Source: Geosiphon pyriformis uo1
Lineage: Eukaryota > Fungi > Glomeromycota
NCBI GenBank assembly: GCA_016748015.1
Contig: JAAOMT010000352.1
Coordinates: 62,001-126,000 of the forward strand
Reading direction: 5' to 3'
DNA length: 64,000 nucleotides
Made by a program: the position numbers and the translations under genes. The notes below the pieces were generated by a model that was not told the DNA's origin, searched no databases, and saw nothing but the letters and a program-made list of their open reading frames with translations. The stretch's first letter is position 1. Each line of letters opens with the position of its first letter. This document shows, piece after piece, positions 11,741-20,937 of the stretch.

Positions 11741-13294
11741 ATGAGTGATTACTTATATCTGCCATAGCAATCAAAAGAACACTTTGCAGCACACAACAGA
11801 AATGACCAAAGTTTCATTGAACTTAATCCTCTGCCCTCCTGCTTGATCTGTTTCTCTCTTGAAGAACAATTCAGTAGACAATTCCAAGACTTTTGGAACT
11901 GGTTCCTGAATGAGCATTCAGCTGAAACCTATACAGCTTATACAACCTATTACTTTGACCAAGCTTATTTTGAAAACGACTTTGAAGAAAGAAACAGCAG
12001 TATCAATTAGCTCTTATATTCTGCAACCTTTGAACAACAGCCCCCTAATTTCGAATATCTGAATCATCAAATCCACATTTGGATTGCTGCCCATCAAGCA
12101 ACTGAAACTCCCTTTGAAACAGAAGAAGAAAGCTACCAAACTGCCTCTGTTTTTGATCTTTTATCAAGTGAATCAGACTTGTCTATACAAACAGTTACCC
12201 CTGAATCAATGGCTAATGACCCCATGCAAGCAAACATTTTGGCCACCCTCCAAGGTATACAAACTGCTTTAGGGCGAAGAAACAACACCCCAATACCATT
12301 ATTTAGAGGTGATGCACAAGATCTAATTGAATGGTTGGATGACTTTGAAAGAGCCACTACAACCAATCAATACGATGATAAGTACAAGTTCCAAATTGTT
12401 GGTGGCTACCTTCAAGGATCCCCTGCTACCTGGTTCTTACAAGAAACAGATGCCAATGCCCAGCAAAGAATTGTTAAATGAACACCAGCAAATGTGAGAG
12501 AAATCAACACTTCTTTCACTACCTGGTTTGAAAACAAGTTCAGAACCCCAATATTAATATCAAAATGGCGTATGGAATTGGAAAGAAGAACCCAAGGTCC
12601 CGGTGAAGTTGTAACTGAATACGCCAAAGCAATCAGAAAGTTAATCAAACGAGTAGACACTGGAAGAAATTGGACAGAAGAGCAGAAAATTCACTCCTTC
12701 ACAAAAAGATTGAGAACTGATCTATTGTATGCTCTTTGGCCCCTCTTGGCCCTGAAAAATAATCCCACCATGGATATGGCCATTGAATTAGCACAAAGAA
12801 TTGAAGACAACCAAAGAATGCATTTGGGATCTACACTACCAGTTTTTGCTCCTGTTCCTGTCATGGCTCCTGCCCCTCAAATGGCTGCTACTTCTTTTGC
12901 CACTCACACTTAAGATCCAAATGAACAGTTAATAGACAGACTTACAGCAAATCTTGCTTGGTTATTAGAACCCTTAGCCCAAGCAGTCAAAGAAAATCAG
13001 CAACCACAAAGACCCAGATTTGAACCACACTTCAATCAGCCCCAGCAACCACCTTATCAAAGACAACAAAATTGTGGCCCATCTGTATGCTATCACTGTG
13101 GATTAACTGGACACTTTTCAAGAGATTGCAACAATCCTCCACTGCCTCCACCAGTCCTCAGAAATAATGATGCTCAGAACAACAGGATTAACAACAACAA
13201 TGTGCCCAACCAAAGACCCAATCATGCCAACATCAATTTCTTTGGAGAGGATCTCCTAGTTGAAGCCACTGTTTATCAGCCTTTAAACTGGTAG
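11741..13294 (+). pseudogene. Element C Gag
   Basis: ATG at 11741; capsid-like PLFRGDAQDLIEWLDDFE and RTQGPGEVVTEYAKAI; zinc knuckle CYHCGLTGHFSRDC at ~13087; TAG at 13292-13294; a few premature stops. Confidence 0.9.
13282..13288 (+). promoter_or_regulatory. -1 ribosomal frameshift slippery heptamer T TTA AAC between gag and pol of element C
   Basis: Correctly phased X XXY YYZ in the gag frame, one codon before TAG. The -1 frame is open (FKLVGTLPKGESASQ...) into ORF 13378. Confidence 0.8.
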
Positions 13295-15975
13295 GCACAC
13301 TTCCAAAGGGTGAGAGTGCAAGCCAACCAGAAAAAAACCCCTTTTACACTTTTAACTTAACTGATGATGACCATAACATGGATGAATTAGCAATCAACCC
13401 CTCTGAATCCACAAGAAAGAAGAAGAAAGCCAAAGTTGATTTCGTTCTAGACCCCAATAAAGCTTCTACATCAATTGCTAACAACAATGAGCCCTCAAAA
13501 GCCAAAGTTTTCAAGAACCCTCCAAAGTTAGAACCCCCAAAAATAGTACAAAAATCCGGTCCCTATTCTGTTGTCAAAGATCTTATGGAAACCCCAGCAC
13601 ATATAACCTTTGGCCAATTGATGACCCATCCACAATTCAGAAAAGATCTTTGCAAATCCCTAATTCCAAAGAAAAAGACACCCAAAACCAACAAACGCCT
13701 TTGCCAAGCTGGACTAGCTGACAATAGCAATGTCACTCCTCTAATTTGTAAAGCCCAAGTGGCTGACTACTTTATCAATTTGATCCTAGACAGTAAATCA
13801 TCTGTTAGTGTTATTGCCAAACACTTTCTTGAAGCAATTGGCAGAAAAATTGATGAACCATCCATACGACCAATGACCAATGTGCATGGTGATAAGAAAA
13901 AAGGGCTTGGCATAGCCAAAGCTATTCCTGTCTGCATCAATGGCATCAGCATTAAAACTGATATAGAAGTGTCTAAAACAAAAGAATACACCATCATTGT
14001 TGGCAATGAATAGCTCAAGAAAGCAAAGACTTTGCTTGATTATGAACTCTGTGAACTAACCATCAGATGTGGTGAAAAACCCATTGTGGTTAAGTGTCAC
14101 CATTGGACAACTCCCCCAGTATTCAAGCAGAGCCCAGAAAAAAATGAATCAAATGAATCAGATGATGAAAAAAGTGAGGAAGAAGAAGAACAAGAAGAAC
14201 AAGAAGAAACTGCTGAACTTGCCTATACTATCTTCACTAGTAATGGCAAACCATTGGATAATGTTAAGGCAGATAAAGAAGGAATCATTGTCAATGACAA
14301 GCTGATCTGCTGGCCTTATTATGACATGCTCAGAAGAACCTTTGACAGAAAGCCAGGCAAGAAAGCCAAATACAGTTATTGGTGGCATGGTCCTTGTGCC
14401 TGGTGCTGGTGCGACAAACCATTGTATTCTCCTAGTGATGAATGCATGTCCTGCCTGATCTATTACAAAGATTGAAAACCAATCAGCTTGATACCCTGAG
14501 AAGAAATAAAAGAAGTCCAAAAGTTCTTTGAAAATAAACCACCTGAAATCCAATTATTGGTTGTAGAACAAAGAGAACCCTCTCCAGAAGAAAGAAAAGT
14601 AGACATTGAAAACCTGCTGGCTAGAAACAGCCCAGTTATCTTAAAAGAAGGTAAACCTTCTGGACGTACACATGTGATACAACACACCATCATCACCAGA
14701 GAAACTTGTCTCATCCATTTGAAGCCCTATCAATTCAACTGGTGCAATAATGAGTTTATCAAAAAGAAAATAACCTGAATGAAAACTCTTGGATTCATAC
14801 AGGAAACCAAGAGTGAATGGGCATTCATAGTTGTAGTGGTATCTAAGAAAGGAGGAACCCTACGCTTTTGTGTTAACTATTACCAATTAAATGCCATTAC
14901 TGAAAGAGACATGTACCCACTTCCCAAGATTAATGCAATGCTAGACCAATTCCATGGTGCTGCTTTCTTCTCAACCATTGACTTAACTACTGGATTCTGG
15001 CAAGTAGAGATGGATCCAGAAAGCAGAAAGAAAACTGCCTTTATCACCAAGTATGATATCTACGAGTTCACAGTCATGTCTTTTGGTCTCACAAATGCTC
15101 CTCCCACCTTTCAACACTTAATGGACAAAGTATTTGAATCAGTAAAAGAAAACTTTGTTCTAGTCTACTTGGACGACATAATGGTATACTCAAAAACCTG
15201 GGATGAACACCTTGAACATTTGCAAAAGGTTTTTGACCTCCTTAGAAATGCTGGTCTCAAGATCAATCCAATTAAATCATTTTTTGGACGTCAATCCACC
15301 CAGTTCTTTGGTTATCTTATTACAAAAGATGGAATCTTCCCTGATCCAGCCAAAATCGAAAAAGTTCAAAACATTAAACAACCAATGAATGTTTATGAAC
15401 TACGCTCTTTTCTTGGTTTGGCCTCTTATTATTGCAAGTTTGTTAAGAATTTCTCCAAAATCGCTGCTTCTCTCAATCAGCTACTTAAGAAAAACATCAA
15501 TTATTACTGGGGCACTCATCAGCAAAAAGCATTTGAAATTCTGAAGGAAAAACTGGTTACAAAACCCATCCTCATGCAACCTAATTTGGATTAACCTTTT
15601 ATCCTCCACACTGATGCATCTGGCTATGGACTTGGTGCTGTTCTTTCCCAAAAAGATGAAGATAACAGAGAACACGCCATAGCATATGCCAGTAGAACTC
15701 TCACACCAGCAGAAAGGAACTACTCAGTTACTGAGCAGGAATGCTTAGCAGTAGTTTGGGCTACCAGCTACTGGGACAAATATCTTAAGGGTGTGAAATT
15801 TTTGGTGGTAACAGATCACCAAGCTTTGGTTTGGCTACGCAACAAAAGAAACCTGGAACATAAACAGATAACTCGCTGGATACTCCACTTGGATGAATTC
15901 GACTATGACATTCAACACTACAAAGGAGCTAATCATCAAAACGCCAATGCTCTCTCCAGACTTATCATCCAATGA
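13282..15975 (+). pseudogene. Element C Pol: protease, Cys-rich spacer, RT, RNase H
   Basis: LILDSKSSVSVI; LRFCVNY; MSFGLTNAP; YLDD; TDASGYGLGAVL; TDHQAL; NANALSRL followed by TGA TAG TAA. Confidence 0.93.
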
Positions 15976-16040
15976 TAGTAAAACCCTCTCAAACCAAACC
16001 AACTTAATTATTTGTAACTCCCCCACAAACAAACACAATA

Positions 16041-17349
16041 ATAGACTTGGACAACTACTCTGCTTTAATAAAATTTTTGGGTAAAGGACAATACCCGCTG
16101 GACTATACTTGACAGCAAAGAGAACATTTGCGCAAACAATCAAATTTCTATTTGATTCACCAGAATCAGTTATATAAAAGAAATAGAAAAGATCCTGACC
16201 GCCCCCAGAGAGTCATTAGATTTAAAGAAAGAGAAATTGTGATCTACAATATGCACATTAATCCATTAGCTGGACACTTTGAAAAAACAAAAACAATTCA
16301 GAAAACTTTAGCTTGCTATTATTGGCCTACCTTGGGAAAAGACATTGCTGAATACATCAAAACCTGTGATACCTGCCAAAGAAGAGGAAAACCCAATTGC
16401 AAGGAAAATATCCATCCAATCTCTGTTGGTCAACCATTTGATAGAATTGGTATAGATGTTGTTAGACCTTTAACAGTAATTCCTGATGGCAACAGATACA
16501 TTATCACAGCTACCGACTATCTTACAAAGTGGGTAGAAGCAAAAGCCACCCCAGATCAAACAGCAGTCTCAATTGCCAATTTTATTTATAAAGATATTAT
16601 CTGTTGCCACAGCTGCTCCAAAGAACTTTTATCTGATAGAGGAAGAGCTTTTCTCAGTACACTGGTTGAAGAACTTTGCAGAAAAATGGGAATACATCAT
16701 AAACTCTCTTCCTCTTATCATCCCCAAACAAATGGTCTAGTGGAACATTTCAATAGAACACTATGTAAAACCCTAGCCAAAACCAGTGAAGAAACCAACC
16801 TATGGGACAAAGTATTGTCTTCAGCTTTGTTTGCCTACAGAACTGTGAATTATGACATAACAAGTTATAAACCCTTTTATCTGCTCTATGAATGAATGGC
16901 AACTCTACTAATAGAAACAGATATAGAAACAATACCTTTTGAAGAAATAACAATAGGAGATTACAAGGACATTTTGCAAAGAAGACTTGATACTATTCTT
17001 GACTCATTAGTAAAAGCACGGATAATTGCCTTTGAAAAGATAAAACAGTTCCAAGAGAAGCTCAAAAAGAAAAAGACCTATAAAATACTTTCCTTAAGTG
17101 TTGGTAACTTAGTTTTGAAATACCGTTCAGACAGAGACAATGTCTATGGTAATAAATTCTCTAGCTGGTGGAAAGGACCCTTTATAGTCAACAAAGTTTT
17201 GAACAATGGTTCTTATATCTTACAAGATCAATATGGAACAATATTCAGTGATCATCCTGTTTATGGCATGCGACTCAAGAAATATCACAAATGACTTGAT
17301 TGGTTACCTGTTGGGGTAATACTGACCCAAATGATTAGCAAAAATTAGA
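16041..17349 (+). pseudogene. Element C integrase (separate frame from RT-RH)
   Basis: H-x6-H...CDTCQ; GIDVV; LSDRG; SSYHPQTNGLVEHFNRT; WKGPF (GPY/F motif); no chromodomain. Confidence 0.9.
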
Positions 17350-17395
17350 TATAAATAAATGCACCATTCCCAAAACAGAGGTATCTTCAATCAAC

Positions 17396-18313
17396 ATGAA
17401 CAATTATTTCCTGGATCAAAACATTTAAAATGCTTTCTATACTCTCCATGAGTACTGGATCAAGAACTATCTAAATGCTACTCTGACTATCGGAAAACAA
17501 ACCACTATAACAGACAACAGTGGAACTCACACTGTTATTAGACCAAAGAAAACAACTACCAGAAGAGAAAGAATTGGTGGCAAAATGGATAAATACCTGC
17601 TGGAAAGTATAACAGCAGTGATACTTTCACCTTCCATCACAATTGGAAAAACAATACAAGAAATCTTGCCCATAGACAAAAACTTGTCATATGAAAGACA
17701 ACTAGAACTCTATGGTCGTCTTGGTGAAATCATAGAAGACATGAAGCTCATGAAGAAAACAACTTCAGAGATACAAGTGGAAATTTTGGGCATTATACAA
17801 TTAGATGTCCCAAGAGTTTTGACCATTGCTAGAAGAGCCAGAACTCTAATACAAAGATTTGGTCTCTTGAATACAAAGCTTATTTTGCCTCAAGTACTAT
17901 ATACTCTATCCACAAAAGACTTCAACAAACTAGTTAGTTTTGAGNNNNNNNNNNNNNNNNNNNNAGAACTCTATGGTCGTCTTGGTGAAATCATAGAAGA
18001 CATGAAGCTCATGAAGAAAACAACTTCAGAGATACAAGTGGAAATTTTGGGCATTATACAATTAGATGTCCCAAGAGTTTTGACCATTGCTAGAAGAGCC
18101 AGAACTCTAATACAAAGATTTGGTCTCTTGAATACAAAGCTTATTTTGCCTCAAGTACTATATACTCTATCCACAAAAGACTTCAACAAACTAGTTAGTT
18201 TTGAGTTAGACAAAACTCTTCACATAGACTATCCTATAAATAGTTTGATTTCGCCGGAGCTCAATCTCTTTGGAGAGGATGATGTTATGGTTGAAACACA
18301 TAGTTTTTATTAA
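17396..18313 (+). pseudogene. Element C ORF3: unknown ~218-aa protein reading through the PPT into the 3' LTR
   Basis: ATG 17396 is in frame with ORF 17585-18313, with one intervening TAA (probably mutated CAA). Length excludes the 261-nt gap-associated duplication. A homologous region is present in copy D (~33480-34022 + 42387-42500). Confidence 0.7.
17704..18205. other. Scaffold gap (20 N at 17945-17964) flanked by an identical 241-bp duplication; probable assembly artefact
   Basis: 17704-17944 matches 17965-18205 exactly by eye; only one copy exists in element D. Confidence 0.88.
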
Positions 18314-18997
18314 TTATCACATGTATTAGCCAATGATGTTATATAATTAGCCACCCTATTTTTAGATAGTGATCGTTGACCTAATCAATGACCTAACCAT
18401 TGACCTGATTATTAACCTGATCATTGACCTGATCAATGACCTGATCATTGACCTGATCGTTGACCTAGTTATTGACCACTTTAGATAGCTATATAAGCGA
18501 TGATTTCCTTAGCTGTAGAAAGACATGATCAAAGTAACGAAAATAAACAATATTAATTACTTCCTTTCATAATCGCTTATTCCCCTTTTCTTACCTTCAA
18601 GTATCTACTTGTTGGCATTTACATACCTTATCTTTTCCCTTTTTTGATTTGTATTTGTTAGAATTAGCCTGAGAAGCAATTGGCTTGCTCTTGTAATTCA
18701 TTGAATAAAGAAATGATTGAAAAGTACAACAATACCTGTTATTGATTCTAAGAATCGCTGAGTTGAGGCATAGAATAATAGCAGCGGTGTTATCTTGTTG
18801 ACAATTATGGACTATTCCTCTACCTTCAGATTTAAGAAAAGATTAGCGACTGTGATTTTTATGAGACTGATCACGCACATTGAATTCCTACTTATTCAAT
18901 TTGCTCCCTTATTATAATTCCTTCTTTGTTTATTTCCATCACCATACAATACTGTTCTCCATTGCTATCTGTTAGCTTGTTACTCTAACCCGTAACA
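18283..18997 (+). repeat. Element C 3' LTR (715 bp; nine 12-bp units)
   Basis: Follows the PPT; 36 bp longer than the 5' LTR, equal to three extra gatcattgacct-type units. Confidence 0.95.
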
Positions 18998-19520
18998 ATA
19001 TCCAACAAAACCAATAACAGAAGAGAATTTTCAAAGAACATTGTTAAGAAGAACATATAATTTAATGAAGACACTAGAAAACACATGGCAAAGAGCAGCT
19101 AATAATATTCAAAAGTCACAAGAAAAACAAAAAGAAAGACATAATAACCAACTACCAGAGAAACCAGTTGAATTCAAGATTGAAGACAAAGTACTTCTAC
19201 ATTGTACTAAAGCAGAAAAACAATGGAGTGGAAAATTTGACCCCAAATAGAACAGACCATTTCACATAGAAGAAATTCTTGGAAATAGAGCTTATAAATT
19301 AAGGTTGAACAACAAAATCTTAATCAAAGCAGCACATAGTGATTGACTGAAACAATATTACCATATAGTATTAGTATCTACCAGTAATATTCCACAATTA
19401 GGAGTACAGAGAATACTAATCAAACCAGATGAGATTCTATAAGATCTAAAACCAATTATAACTATTGAACCAAACACATAAAATTGAACAACTGAAAGAG
19501 TATATAAAGACACAGTATAT

Positions 19521-20130
19521 ATGACAAAAAACAACAGAAAAATGAAGATTACTGATGGCATTTACTCACTAGCACAACAACTTTTTCAACTAATACAACA
19601 ACAAAAGATGGAAATTATAATTAACCAATGAACTATCAGATATACAAACACCAAAAAAGAACCACAAGATAAAATATGAAGAAAAACAGAAAACACGGTA
19701 GACAAAATAATCACAAAAGTGAAATTGGCAATAGAAACACAACCAAAAGTCACCCAATATTAAAAATTGACTATAGAAACTTGGAATTGGTAGATACAAC
19801 AATTTTCAAAAAACTTTTGTTACTTTTATTTAGAACAACACTTAAACATTCAGAATTTGTATATGGATAAAACAAAATGATTATTTGACACAACAATACT
19901 GCAACAACTAGAACAATTTGTGGGAAAAAACAATTTGACCACACAAGCAAGAGCCATTTATCAGCTATACACTGGATTTCAAGATCGACCAGAAATCTTA
20001 CTCAATCTAGAAATGAACTCCATTACTATTAACCAAATAGGAAAAATAATCAATGCTCGAAAAAGAAGTTCAAAAAATACTCAAAAATAGAGAATTAGAA
20101 TTAGGAAATCTTGATGAAGCTCAATATTAA
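19521..20130 (+). pseudogene. Element B ORF3 (~200 aa, unknown function) ending at the PPT
   Basis: MTK(T)... start; ...ARAIYQLYTGFQDRPEILLNL...SITINQIGK...LGNLDEAQY*. Frameshifted here, with homologous segments in F (~34850-35520) and G (~54776-55460). Confidence 0.6.
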
Positions 20131-20144
20131 AGAGAAGGAAATAA

Positions 20145-20937
20145 TATTACTTATAGAATATAAGAAGTATATTAGCATATAAATTAACCAATCAAAAGTA
20201 GCTGTAGTAAATATGGAATTCCAGAATTCCTCTCAAAAGAAATTTCAGGATTCTTGTACAAAGAATTGCAGGATTCCAGAATTCCAGGATTCCTCTTAAA
20301 AAAATTGCAGAATTCTTGGTGTGAAAAATTAAGAAATTGAGAAATCTCAATTATGTATATATATTGGTAGCATTAGAAGTAAAAAAGGCAGACCTCCCAG
20401 TTTAGATTTGATCTAAGCAACCTTCTACATCACAAATATCAAATAAATAATTATTCACTATATCAAATCCATTCTTTACTATCAACACTTTATGTTGATA
20501 GTAATTGATACTTAATTATACTAGAACAATAGCTCTTGATCATGGCTATTGATAAAATACTAACTTTTATTGCCTTGGCTTATTTTTTTATTTTTTTTTA
20601 TTTTTTTTATTTCTTTTGTTGTATACTAATTGATTAAAAAATTAAAAGCACTGAGTTATTAACATCAAGGATTGTCTGATAAAAGACCCCTGCAAGTGGA
20701 TAGAGCACATAAAAGAATTACAGATTATTTATTAGAAGAGTACTGGCTATCAAGCTGAAGAAAAAAATTGACAGAATTATGATTCTAAGAAGCTACAGAT
20801 AAACAACTATTGAATCTCTGTTCATTATACAAAAAACTCAACCAAAACCTTCAGATTACTATCATCACAAATAGCTTCTGAGCACCAAGTTACAGGTTGT
20901 TATTTGATTTTGAGACCCCAAATAATCACTTGTAACA
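20145..20937 (+). repeat. Element B 3' LTR (793 bp), preceded by PPT aagagaaggaaataa
   Basis: Direct repeat of 2125-2905, followed by TSD tcac. Confidence 0.95.

Larger units (their letters stand above)
11010..18997 (+). mobile_element. Element C: full-length Ty3/Gypsy element of a second family (gag / -1 frameshift / PR-RT-RH / IN / ORF3); least decayed element in the window
   Basis: LTRs 11010-11688 and 18283-18997; TSD atat at 11006-11009 and 18998-19001; PBS 11695-11711; PPT ggagaggatga at 18272-18282. Confidence 0.96.
10113..19481 (+). pseudogene. Element B integrase as a separate ORF (10113-11009 + 19002-19481), interrupted by element C
   Basis: ATG at 10113; H2C2 region (YYWP, CDACQ), rve core (IDLVG, LSDQ, QTNGLVERFNR) and a GPY/F-type C-terminus; no chromodomain seen. 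Confidence 0.88.
2125..20937 (+). mobile_element. Element B: full-length degenerate Ty3/Gypsy element (gag-PR-Cys domain-dUTPase-RT-RH / IN / ORF3) carrying two nested insertions
   Basis: LTRs 2125-2905 and 20145-20937. TSD tcac at 2121-2124 and 20938-20941. PBS, PPT and all Pol domains are recognisable. Confidence 0.95.

Noticed and set aside
13271-13308. 38-nt GT-AG intron that would fuse gag and pol in frame
   Set aside because: It is very short with a poor donor (gtttat). A correctly phased slippery heptamer explains the same offset. Not formally excluded.
15972-15975. ATGA stop-start overlap for coupled integrase translation
   Set aside because: Copy D has G at the first position (the likely ancestral state given the G>A bias), and an in-frame TAA at 16005 lies before the IN coding region.
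17704-18205. Tandem duplication within ORF3
   Set aside because: Identical copies flank a 20-N gap in a region where all real repeats have diverged, and copy D has only one. This is an unmerged contig overlap.
17396-18313. ORF3 as a retroviral env gene
   Set aside because: Too short, with no evident signal peptide or transmembrane segment.
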